This document shows, in pieces, positions 1-8,699 of a DNA stretch of 64,000 bases. Under the pieces are notes generated by a model. That model saw only the letters and a list, made by a program, of their open reading frames with translations. It was not told where the DNA came from and did no database searches. Source of the DNA: Terriglobales bacterium. GTDB taxonomy: Bacteria; Acidobacteriota; Terriglobia; Terriglobales; Acidobacteriaceae. The stretch is taken from contig JBAWBR010000045.1 in assembly GCA_049589875.1 (NCBI GenBank), positions 743 to 64,742 on the forward strand, in the 5' to 3' direction. The stretch's first letter is position 1. Every line of letters starts with the position of its first letter. The position numbers were made by a program, and so were the translations under genes.

Positions 1-239
1 CGCGCGGTGCCGACTCCGGGGTCGACGACGACCATGTGTATGGTGCCGGAAGGGAAGTAGGAATAGGCCTGCGAGATGGTGAGCGCGCCATCGAGGACGT
101 CGAAGGGCTGAACGGCGTGGCTGATGTCGACGACTTGCGAGTCGGGGGCGATGCGGAGGAGGACACCTTTCATCGCGCCGACGAAGTGGTCGTTGAGTCC
201 GAAGTCGGTGGTGAGGGTGATGATGGGCGGATGTGGCAA
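1..239 (-). CDS. SAM hydroxide adenosyltransferase / DUF62 family protein, N-terminal part (gene runs off the left edge)
   Basis: Reverse translation of 239->1 reads (L)PHPPIITLTTDFGLNDHFVGAMKGVLLRIAPDSQVVDISHAVQPFDVLDGALTISQAYSYFPSGTIHMVVVDPGVGTAR. This is the typical conserved N-terminus of the family. It is absent from the ORF track because no stop lies in the window. The TTG at 239 is a guessed start. Confidence 0.6.
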   Translation of the reverse strand, partial: MPHPPIITLTTDFGLNDHFVGAMKGVLLRIAPDSQVVDISHAVQPFDVLDGALTISQAYSYFPSGTIHMVVVDPGVGTA

Positions 240-459
240 GCGGCGCCTCGTCGCGGGGATGGAATCGCTGGTAAATGGAGTATCGGGCGCGGGATGAGGA
301 GGCGTCAAGCGGGGGATGCGCGTATCAGGACAAACGGTCCAACGGTGATTCGGCAGGTGGCAACGACGCTGCCACGACAGCCGGCGGTCCGCCGGCGCTA
401 CATATCATAATCATCGCGACCGCAGCGGCTAGGAAAGATTAAAAGAGCAGACTCAGAGA

Positions 460-1389
460 TCAGTCAATCTCAACGTCGCCGGAGCCGGTGTGGACGGAGA
501 TGGCCGGACCGCCGCCGCGCACTTTGCCGATGACGGTCTTGCGTGATCCCTCGACGCGTCCCTGAACTGTGGTAGTAACCGGATGATTTGTGGTGACGCT
601 TCCGGAACTGGACGAGATATCGACGTCAAAGGCCGCATCGGACGGCACTTTCAAATGCACATTGCCGGAGCCGGTGTGAATGGTCCAAAGATTTTTCGGC
701 ATGCCGTCGCCGTGAATATCGCCGCTGCCGGCTTCGGCATGGAAGCCGCCGTTGATGCCTTTCACCGTGATGTTGCCGGAGCCGGTATGAACGTCTATGT
801 CGCCCGCGCCGGTTTCGTCTAGCTCAATATCGCCGCTGCCCGCCTTAATGCGTGCGGGGCCGGCAATCTCATGAGCAACGACGTTGCCTGATCCGGTGCG
901 GAAGTGCATATCTCCGGTTAGGCGAGCGAGCTTCAGGTCGCCCGATCCGCTTTCAAGATCGACATTGCCCTTCAGGCCGTCGATGGCCTGATCGCCGCTG
1001 CCAGTGTGAGAGCGAACCGCGGTATTCTCGGGCACGGTGATTTCGTAATCGACGGAAATATTATTGGCGTTGACGTAATCGATATGAATTTCGTTGCCGG
1101 ATTGGCGAATAGGAGGATTGGTTTCGATCTGCTGCACATCTGCTTTGTGATCGCCGCCGAACCATGAATCGCCGACGTTAATTTTGCCGTGAATGCTGAC
1201 CGAGCCCGATGGGCCGGTGTGGATGGTGATGTCGCCGGAGCGGCTGAGCACTTCGAGATCGACTGCGCCGTTCACCTGGTAGGAACGGTCGAAGGTGCCG
1301 GCCACGGAAGCGGCGGCGGGCAGGGCGGCCGTGAGCAGAGCAGCCACAATTACGAAGATGCGGCGCTGAATTGAAGCACTTGGATTCAT
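460..1389 (-). CDS. DUF4097-type beta-strand-repeat (putative adhesin-like) secreted protein
   Basis: The 460..1419 ORF has more than 10 repeats of GSG[DN][IV] at a ~20-aa period and an N-terminal signal-like segment (IFVIVAALLTAALPAAASVAG). I moved the start to ATG 1389, which follows GGGAGGG with a 4-nt spacer. Confidence 0.8.
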   Translation of the reverse strand: MNPSASIQRRIFVIVAALLTAALPAAASVAGTFDRSYQVNGAVDLEVLSRSGDITIHTGPSGSVSIHGKINVGDSWFGGDHKADVQQIETNPPIRQSGNEIHIDYVNANNISVDYEITVPENTAVRSHTGSGDQAIDGLKGNVDLESGSGDLKLARLTGDMHFRTGSGNVVAHEIAGPARIKAGSGDIELDETGAGDIDVHTGSGNITVKGINGGFHAEAGSGDIHGDGMPKNLWTIHTGSGNVHLKVPSDAAFDVDISSSSGSVTTNHPVTTTVQGRVEGSRKTVIGKVRGGGPAISVHTGSGDVEID

Positions 1390-1467
1390 GAAACCCTCCC
1401 TAAGAACTCTGTTGGACAATTTCGTAATCGCAACTCACGGCGAAGGAGCGGCGAGCGATCCGCGCTC

Positions 1468-2685
1468 CTATTGCAACACGACCTGATCGCCTTCCTTCAG
1501 GCCTTTCAGCAATTCGGTCTTGGCTCCGTTTGAGATGCCGATGTTGACCGCGATCTTTTTCTTGCCATCTTTGGCTTTCAGTGCGGGTATCTCGACCGAG
1601 GCATTTTTATCCTTGTCGTAGATGATGGCGCCTTCGGGAATCTGAAGCACGTTTTTGTGCTCTTCCAGAATGATCTCGGCATTGGCGGTCATCATGGCTT
1701 TAAGCATTCCTTCCGGGTTGTTGATGGAGACACGCACCTCGAAAGTGGTTACGTTATCTTTTTCAACTCCCATGGGCGAAATCTTGGTTACCTTGCCGGT
1801 GAAAGTTTTGTCCTTGAACGATTCGACTTTGATCCTGGCGGGCTGGCCCAGGTAGACCTTGCCGATATCGCTCTCATCGACCTTGCCTTTCACATAAACC
1901 TCGCTGGTATCGCCGAGCGTCATAACCAGCGTGGCTGTCGAACCGAGCACGAGAATTGAGCTGACCGCGTCGCCGATCTGGACGTCGCGCGAGAGCACGA
2001 TTCCATCCAGCGGAGATTCAATAGTCGTGTAACCGAGCTGTTCCTCCAACTGCTTGAGGTTGGCGCGATCCTGCGAGACCTGGCCCTGCGCTTGGCCGAT
2101 TTTGGCCTGCAAAACCTGAAGCTGCGCCTTGGCGACGTTTTGTTTGTTGAGCGCGAGTTCGTAGTTTTTTTGCGCATCGTCAAGCGCGGAGGCGGAAACC
2201 ACGCCTTCTTTTGCCATGCCCTGGGCGCGTTCAAAGGCGCGTTTCAGCAAGGGAACATCGGGTCCTTCCGCATCGACTCTGGCGCGCACCAGGTCGGCGC
2301 GGGTGCCATTCAAACTGGCCTCGGAGGCCTCTAATTGCGCGCGAGCCTGATCGACGCGGGCTTGAATCTCGTCGCGATCCAGTTCGCAGAGAATCTGGCC
2401 TTTTTTCACCTGATCGCCATAATCGACATAAAGTTTTTTCACGATCCCGCTGGCCTTGGATTTTATTTCGACTTGAGTGATAGGCCAGATCTTGCCGGTC
2501 GCGACGACGCTTTTCGCCAAATCGCCGCGTTCGACCTTGGCGAGCTTGGAGGAATCGATTTTGGTGCCCCCGCTGGTGGCGGCAATTACGCCTCCTACAA
2601 CCACCAGCAGGACAACGATGGCGATGACGCTATAAATAATTCTTCTGCGGCGTTTTTTCGACTTGCCGTTGCCATTACCGTTCAC
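1468..2685 (-). CDS. Efflux transporter periplasmic adaptor subunit (HlyD/MFP family, MacA-like)
   Basis: It has an N-terminal TM anchor, a long coiled-coil hairpin (QARVDQARAQLEASEASL...QLQVLQAKIGQAQGQ) and a beta-barrel C-terminus. The GTG start is preceded by AGGAGG. No pump partner is adjacent. Confidence 0.85.
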   Translation of the reverse strand: MNGNGNGKSKKRRRRIIYSVIAIVVLLVVVGGVIAATSGGTKIDSSKLAKVERGDLAKSVVATGKIWPITQVEIKSKASGIVKKLYVDYGDQVKKGQILCELDRDEIQARVDQARAQLEASEASLNGTRADLVRARVDAEGPDVPLLKRAFERAQGMAKEGVVSASALDDAQKNYELALNKQNVAKAQLQVLQAKIGQAQGQVSQDRANLKQLEEQLGYTTIESPLDGIVLSRDVQIGDAVSSILVLGSTATLVMTLGDTSEVYVKGKVDESDIGKVYLGQPARIKVESFKDKTFTGKVTKISPMGVEKDNVTTFEVRVSINNPEGMLKAMMTANAEIILEEHKNVLQIPEGAIIYDKDKNASVEIPALKAKDGKKKIAVNIGISNGAKTELLKGLKEGDQVVLQ

Positions 2686-2978
2686 AACCGCCTCCTACCT
2701 CAACTCAGAAAATGGAGAACCACCGCTCACTTCTTGTTACGGGAGCGACGCTGGAATAGTTCCTAAAAAAGTTCGATGCATGGGGTTAGACCGCCCAGCC
2801 GGGAAAAAGATAGCGACGCCCCGACTTAATTGCAGGACTCTTTATTGTAAACGCTGCGATATGAGCGGGAATAAAGAGGATAGCGAGAACTGCAGAGCCG
2901 CATGGCGATGCGCTTCCGAGGGCGGGAGAACTTGCAGCCGCCAAAACTGGCCTCCCGCAATGTTAGAATTGCGAGTCC

Positions 2979-4406
2979 ATGATTGCATTCGTGCCGCTGC
3001 GGATGTTCGTCATCCTGCTTCTGGTGGCGGCCAATGCCTTCTTCGCGGCGGCCGAATTCGCGCTGGTCAGCGTGCGCGAAACCCGCATCCTGCAACTCAT
3101 TGAGGCCCGCCGAGCGGGCGCGCGCACCGTCCTGAAACTACACCAGCAGCTCACCCGCGTGGTTAATGGCGTTCAGCTTGGAATCACGGTCACCAGTCTT
3201 TCGCTGGGCTGGCTGGGTGAACCTTTTCTGGCGCGGCTGGTGGAAGACCTTATCGGCAGGATTCCGCACGCCGTCCTCTATTCTCACGCCATTGCCGTGG
3301 GTGTGGCATTCCTGCTGATTACCGGACTGCACGTGACTCTGGGCGAATTGGTTCCGAAGTCGCTTGCTTTGCAGCGAGCCGAACGGGTGGCGCTGGCGGT
3401 GGCTGCGCCCATGGATTTCTTTTTAACCGTAACCGGGCCAATCACGGTTGTAATGAGCCGGGCCGCCGGATTCGTATTGCGCGCTTTTGGCACCAGCGGA
3501 ATCCGCCATGGATCCGTGCATTCGCCCGACGAGTTGCGTCTCATCATCAGTGCGGCGCGGACTTCGGGCCAGCTCTCCGCCGCGCAAGAGGAGATGCTGC
3601 TCAATTCTCTCGAACTCGACAATATTACCGCGCGCCAGGTGATGGTACCGCGAACCAGGATTTTTTCCTTGCCGGCGGACCTTACCCTGGAGGAGGCGCT
3701 GTCACGCGTGGTCGACGAGCAGCACTCGCGCATTCCGATTTACGATCCGCAGCGCGGGCCCGAACATATTGTGGGGGTGCTTTATTCCAAAGACCTGATG
3801 CGCTGGATGCGCCTGAGGTTGATGCAGGCCGCCGTGCCCGCGGCGTCGGCGCGCATTGCGCAGATGAAGGTCGGACAGATTATGCATGACGTGCTGGTGG
3901 TGCCAGAAACCAAGTCGCTGTTTGAGTTGCTGGTTGAATTTCAGGTGCGCAAGCGCCATCTGGCGATGGTAGTGGATGAATTCGGCTCGACCGCTGGCGT
4001 GATCAGCGTTGAGGACGTGCTCGAACAATTGGTGGGAGAGCTGGAAGATGAATTTGATGTCGCGTCCGCGCAGCCCGTGATGGATGGCAACGCGCCGCTC
4101 ACGCTCGACGGAGCCATGAATATTCGTGACCTGGAAAGTCAGTACGACGTGGTGTTGCCGCAGGATGAAGGGTTCGAGACGCTGGCTGGATTTGTGCTCT
4201 CGCGCTTGCAGAAAATTCCCGCGGGCGGGGAGGCAATCGAATATCAGGGGCGCCGTTTTGTGGTCGAGAAAGTCGATGGGCATCGCGTGGCTTTGGTTCG
4301 GATCGAGCCCGTGAAGGCAGAAGGACCAGCCCTTGCAGCGCAGCCGCCCGCCGCAAATACACTGGCGGAAAACGCTCCGGAGGAAAAGACGGGGGCGGCG
4401 GATTGA
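2979..4406 (+). CDS. CNNM/DUF21-CBS-CorC_HlyC family protein (TlyC/CorC-like hemolysin-family membrane protein)
   Basis: The N-terminal DUF21 TM region contains AAAEFALVS. It is followed by a CBS pair (VMVPRTRI..., VGQIMHDVLVV...) and a CorC/HlyC C-terminal domain (FETLAGFVLSRLQKIP..G). Confidence 0.9.
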   Translation: MIAFVPLRMFVILLLVAANAFFAAAEFALVSVRETRILQLIEARRAGARTVLKLHQQLTRVVNGVQLGITVTSLSLGWLGEPFLARLVEDLIGRIPHAVLYSHAIAVGVAFLLITGLHVTLGELVPKSLALQRAERVALAVAAPMDFFLTVTGPITVVMSRAAGFVLRAFGTSGIRHGSVHSPDELRLIISAARTSGQLSAAQEEMLLNSLELDNITARQVMVPRTRIFSLPADLTLEEALSRVVDEQHSRIPIYDPQRGPEHIVGVLYSKDLMRWMRLRLMQAAVPAASARIAQMKVGQIMHDVLVVPETKSLFELLVEFQVRKRHLAMVVDEFGSTAGVISVEDVLEQLVGELEDEFDVASAQPVMDGNAPLTLDGAMNIRDLESQYDVVLPQDEGFETLAGFVLSRLQKIPAGGEAIEYQGRRFVVEKVDGHRVALVRIEPVKAEGPALAAQPPAANTLAENAPEEKTGAAD

Positions 4407-4440
4407 ACTTATACCAGCTGTCTTACGGCGAAATACCTTT

Positions 4441-5370
4441 ATGAGATCGACGTTCATACGGTCCGTCGTGGCCCGCGTGCTTTATACGCTGCCGGTGATC
4501 TGGCTCGTGGTTTCGACGGTTTTTCTGCTGATTCATTTTGTCCCCGGCGATCCGGTGCAGCAGATGCTGGGTGAAGGAGCTGCTCCGGGAAATATTCAGG
4601 CCGTGCGCCATGCTTACGGGCTCGACGCTCCGCTGGGCGAACAGTATCTCAATTACTGGCGGGGTGTGCTGCACGGGGACCTGGGAAAGTCTTTCCGTTT
4701 TAACCAGCCGGTAACTACGCTGATCGCCCAACGCTATCCCTTCACACTGCAACTAACGCTGGCGTCATTGTTGGCCGCGATAGTGCTGGCAATTCCTGCT
4801 GGAGTGCGCTCTGCCCGGCGCCGTAACCAGTGGGAGGACCGTCTGCTTAGCGTAGTAAGTCTGTTCGGCTTATCGTTTCCTAACTTCGCATTAGGTCCGA
4901 TACTCATCTTATTTTTTGCAGTCAAGTTAGGATGGCTGCCAGTCTCGGGGTCGGGGAGTTTTGCGCACCTAATCCTTCCGGCGGTCACCATGGGGAGCGC
5001 GCTCGCGGCGATCCTGACTCGCATGGTGCGCACGTCGATGCTTGAAGAGCTGAGCCAGGACTATATTCGCACTGCGCGAGCGAAAGGTTTGCCGGAACGA
5101 ACAGTGGTATATCGTCATGCGCTGCGCAATGCGATGATTCCAATCCTGACGGTGCTGGGCCTGCAGTTTGGAGCCTTGCTCGCTGGAGCAATCGTGACCG
5201 AGACAATTTTTTCCTGGCCGGGCATAGGGCGGCTCACGATTCAAGCAATTGCCAACCGCGATTACTATCTTGTGCAGGGATGCATTCTGGCAATTGGGCT
5301 CACATATGTCGCAGTAAACTTCTTGACCGATCTGTTGTATTCAGCGGTGAATCCGAGGATCAGGCAGTGA
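4441..5370 (+). CDS. ABC transporter permease, DppB/OppB-like (binding-protein-dependent type)
   Basis: The N-terminus reads MRSTFIRSVVARVLYTLPVIWLVVSTVFLLIHFVPGDP, and an EAA-like loop (YIRTARAKGLPERTVVYRHALRNA) is present. The ORF-track start at 4333 overlaps the upstream gene and looks like an artefact. No partner permease, ATPase or SBP is nearby. Confidence 0.85.
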   Translation: MRSTFIRSVVARVLYTLPVIWLVVSTVFLLIHFVPGDPVQQMLGEGAAPGNIQAVRHAYGLDAPLGEQYLNYWRGVLHGDLGKSFRFNQPVTTLIAQRYPFTLQLTLASLLAAIVLAIPAGVRSARRRNQWEDRLLSVVSLFGLSFPNFALGPILILFFAVKLGWLPVSGSGSFAHLILPAVTMGSALAAILTRMVRTSMLEELSQDYIRTARAKGLPERTVVYRHALRNAMIPILTVLGLQFGALLAGAIVTETIFSWPGIGRLTIQAIANRDYYLVQGCILAIGLTYVAVNFLTDLLYSAVNPRIRQ

Positions 5371-5809
5371 AGTTTGGCAAAGCGGCGATGCGCCGGATGG
5401 CCGAAGGTCCCACAGCTTTAGTTTTAGTATGCCGCGTTTAATCGAATACAGAAACAGTTACTCAGCGTACGGAGTGTCCAATGGGAACTTCATGCCTGTT
5501 ACGATGCTGTCATGAGCTGCATCTTATGTCCTTTCCGCATGTGGGCTTGTGAGTTAGTCCCATTCTTATAAGGTCGTATCCCAACATCCTCCGTTTTTCA
5601 TAACTTGCGGACGCGCCCGTTGGCGAATTTCAAGAATAAATCTGGATGGCGGAGTGCAATAGCGTTTTGCCGGCTAACCAAGGACGTTTCAGCCATTAAT
5701 ACCTGCTAACAAGCACGAAAGTATCACGCTTCTCATGTTCGGTCTGGGTGCGTCGATGTGCAGAATATGCGCGCGGGGGTTCGACCGCAGCGTTGCGGAG
5801 GAGTGGCGT

Positions 5810-6223
5810 GTGTCGTTGACGTTCGATGCATCTTCCGCCGAAGCCATTCTGCGCGTTGAAGGCAATGTCGACATAGGGTGCGCGGCGGAATTCAAACGAA
5901 TGTTGATTGAGGCATTCAGGCTCGGCAAGCCGGTGCGGATGGATTTGTCCAAGGCCGGCGATTTGGATGTGACAGCAGTGCAGTTGCTTTGGGCGGCGAA
6001 ATGCAATGCGGAGAAAAATGGAGTGGAGTTTGCGGTTGCAGGGGGTCTACCGGATGAAGTGAGTGGCGCAATCAGCGCCGCGGGTTTGGAGAAGTTTCTT
6101 GCGACGGCCGCAACGACCGAGCGAGCGGACGGGGCCGCAGAACCGGCAGGCGCAGACAAAGCAGCGGCTGTCTTGATTGTGCTGGGGGATGCGCCACCCC
6201 CGGAGCAATTGACGCAAACATAG
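5810..6223 (+). CDS. STAS-domain protein (anti-sigma-factor-antagonist fold) at the head of the che operon
   Basis: VSLTFDASSAEAILRVEGNVDIGCAAEFKRMLIEAF...MDLSKAGDLDVTAVQLLWAAKCNAEKNGVEFAVAGGLPDEV has the STAS/SpoIIAA pattern. GTG 5810 is preceded by GGAGGAG. The ORF-track start at 5735 adds a Cys/Arg-rich stretch that does not look like protein. Confidence 0.65.
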   Translation: MSLTFDASSAEAILRVEGNVDIGCAAEFKRMLIEAFRLGKPVRMDLSKAGDLDVTAVQLLWAAKCNAEKNGVEFAVAGGLPDEVSGAISAAGLEKFLATAATTERADGAAEPAGADKAAAVLIVLGDAPPPEQLTQT

Positions 6224-6256
6224 CAAACATAGCAATCAGAGCAAGCGAAAGAGCGG

Positions 6257-8602
6257 ATGATCGACCAGTACAAAGAAGCCTTTCAGGAAGAAGCCCGCGA
6301 GATTCTCGTGGAGTTGGAGTCGGCGCTTCTCGAACTCACCGGGAACCCAGGCGGCTCTGACCTTGTGGCGCGTGCCTTTCGCGCGCTGCACACAATTAAA
6401 GGCTCGGGCTCGATGTTCGGGTTCGACGATATCGCGGCTTTTACCCACCACATCGAGAATGCGTTTGATGAAGTGCGGAATGGCCGTCTGGCAGCCAGTC
6501 CGGAGCTGATTGGCCTGACCTTGAAGGCAGTCGATCAGATTAAGGCCATGCTCGATGAATCTGCCGGAAGGGGAAAGGCCGACCCGGCGGTATCCGCCGC
6601 GCTGCTGGCAAAAGTGAGCGAACTGACGAAGGTGAAGAAGCGAGCGGCGAGCAATCCGGCGGCGGTTGCCGAGAAGGAACCGAAGCCGGGCGAACAGAGG
6701 AACGGCGCCGCCGAAAATACGAAGAAGACAGAGAACAAGAATAAAGACGGGGGCAAGCAAGCCAGTTGTCCACCAGTTGCCTCCGGGCCAGAGGACGCGC
6801 CGCGCACGGCTGCTCGCGTCTGGCGAATTCACTTTCTTCCGCAAGCCGACCTGCTGCGCAACGGAGCGAATCCGCTGCTGTTGTTTCGCGAGTTGCGGGA
6901 TATGGGCCAGCTTGAAATCAAGGCCGATATGGCGCGAGTTCCGCCGTTGCCCGAACTTGATCCGGAGCGGTGTTATATCGCATGGGACATGGTTCTTGCG
7001 ACCACGGCGCCGGTCGAGGCCATACGCGACGTTTTTTTGTTCGTGGAAGATTTTTGTGAGCTGAAGATCGCGGCCGTGCCGCAGGCGGCAGAGCAGCCTT
7101 TGGAAGGCACAGGGGAAGCCGCGTCCTCGGTTGGTGCCGCGGCCGCCATCATGGGCGCGGGAGAACAGAAATCCAGCGATTGTGTTGACGATCGTCCAGG
7201 CGGTGGCGAAGCTGTGCCGGCCGAAACCCGAGCCTCGGGCGATTTGCTCGCGGGCACTCCTTTGCTCGCGGGCACTCCGAAGAACCTGGAACACAAGGCC
7301 TCAGACCGTCGCGGCGCCGATCAGGCGGCGCAGCCCTCGAGCATTCGTGTGGCCGCCACCAAAGTCGATCAGCTGGTCGATCTGGTAGGGCAGCTGGTGA
7401 CCGTGCAGGCGCGACTCGGGGAGATAGCGGCGCGGCGCGAGGATCGCGACATGCAGGCGGTGGCGGAGGAAATCGAATCGCTCACGGCGGAGCTGCGTGA
7501 AACCTCGATGGGAATGCGGACGCTGCCTTTGCGGAGCACGTTCGAGCGCTTCAAGCGGCTGGTCTACGACCTGGGGCGAACGCTGCACAAGGAAGTGGAA
7601 CTGACCTTCGAAGGCGCGGACACCGAACTCGACAAGACGGTCATCGATCAATTGAACGACCCGCTGATGCACCTGATCCGCAACAGCATGGATCACGGCA
7701 TTGAATCGGCGGAGGTCCGGCGGGCGGCGGGCAAGCCGGCTACGGCGACGGTCCACCTGGCGGCGCGGCATGCGGGGGCGCAGGTTCTGATTTCCGTCTC
7801 CGACGATGGCCAGGGGATTGACCGTGAGGCGGTGCGGGGGCGCGCCCTTGAGCGCGGCCTGATTACGCCCGACGCGCGGCTCTCGGAATCCGAAATTTTT
7901 GCGCTGATTCTGGAGCCGGGATTTTCCACCGCCCGCGAAGTCACCGACGTTTCTGGAAGAGGCGTGGGCATGGACGTGGTGAAGCGCAACATTGAAGCCT
8001 TGCGCGGGGGCATTGAGATTGTGAGTCAGCCGGGATCGGGGTCCACGGTGACGCTGCGGCTGCCGCTCACGCTGGCCATCATCGACGGCCTGCTGGTGCG
8101 GGTTGACCAGGCTTTTTTTGTGCTGCCGCTGGCGGCGATTCTTGAATGCATCGAGATTACAAGCGCCGATATTGAGCGCTCGAATGGCAAGCATGTGGCC
8201 AATGTGCGCGGGGAAATCATTCCTTATATCCGGCTGCGCGAACACTTCTGCATGCGCCAGGAGCGCCCGGAGCGCGAGCAGGTCATGATCACCGAGACCG
8301 AGGAGGGGCATTTCGGTTTCGCCGTCGACCAGGTGCTCGGAGACCACCAGACGGTGATCAAGAACCTTGGCCGTTTCTACCGGCACGTGGATCTGGTGTC
8401 GGGCGCAACCATTCTGGGCGACGGGACAGTGGCGCTGATACTCGATCCGCAGCGCCTGGTTCGCGACGCGGCCCGCAGCGCGGCGCTGAACAACCGTTCG
8501 CTCGGGGCGCGGCGGGGTGGCGAAGGTTCACGGCCACTGGTGAGTCCGGCGGTGGCGAAAGCGGCGGCGCAGACAGGCCTTGGCGGGGAAGTCCACCCAT
8601 GA
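6257..8602 (+). CDS. cheA: Chemotaxis histidine kinase CheA
   Basis: The Hpt/P1 domain carries the phospho-His context (FRALHTIKGSGSMFG). It is followed by long low-complexity linkers around a folded insert, a dimerisation region, an HATPase region (DPLMHLIRNSMDHGIE, DDGQGID, GRGVGMDVV) and a C-terminal CheW-like domain. There is no receiver domain. Confidence 0.95.
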   Translation: MIDQYKEAFQEEAREILVELESALLELTGNPGGSDLVARAFRALHTIKGSGSMFGFDDIAAFTHHIENAFDEVRNGRLAASPELIGLTLKAVDQIKAMLDESAGRGKADPAVSAALLAKVSELTKVKKRAASNPAAVAEKEPKPGEQRNGAAENTKKTENKNKDGGKQASCPPVASGPEDAPRTAARVWRIHFLPQADLLRNGANPLLLFRELRDMGQLEIKADMARVPPLPELDPERCYIAWDMVLATTAPVEAIRDVFLFVEDFCELKIAAVPQAAEQPLEGTGEAASSVGAAAAIMGAGEQKSSDCVDDRPGGGEAVPAETRASGDLLAGTPLLAGTPKNLEHKASDRRGADQAAQPSSIRVAATKVDQLVDLVGQLVTVQARLGEIAARREDRDMQAVAEEIESLTAELRETSMGMRTLPLRSTFERFKRLVYDLGRTLHKEVELTFEGADTELDKTVIDQLNDPLMHLIRNSMDHGIESAEVRRAAGKPATATVHLAARHAGAQVLISVSDDGQGIDREAVRGRALERGLITPDARLSESEIFALILEPGFSTAREVTDVSGRGVGMDVVKRNIEALRGGIEIVSQPGSGSTVTLRLPLTLAIIDGLLVRVDQAFFVLPLAAILECIEITSADIERSNGKHVANVRGEIIPYIRLREHFCMRQERPEREQVMITETEEGHFGFAVDQVLGDHQTVIKNLGRFYRHVDLVSGATILGDGTVALILDPQRLVRDAARSAALNNRSLGARRGGEGSRPLVSPAVAKAAAQTGLGGEVHP

Positions 8603-8699
8603 GAGGCGGTGAGGTGGAACGCGCAGGGTGCAGTCCTATGTGAGTCAGCCGGGCGCGAGCGCTATCAGAATTTTCGAGTTTCACCGAGAGGAGAAGTCA

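Noticed and set aside
36-410. A 124-aa plus-strand ORF at the left edge.
   Set aside because: It is antisense to a clearly recognisable DUF62/SAM hydroxide adenosyltransferase N-terminus on the minus strand. Its Gly/Arg/Asp-rich sequence is typical of shadow ORFs in high-GC DNA.
5481-5552. A 23-codon Cys-rich mini-ORF with a good SD in the AT-richer spacer upstream of the che operon.
   Set aside because: It is too short to distinguish from chance without conservation or ribosome-profiling data. I mention it only inside the spacer finding.
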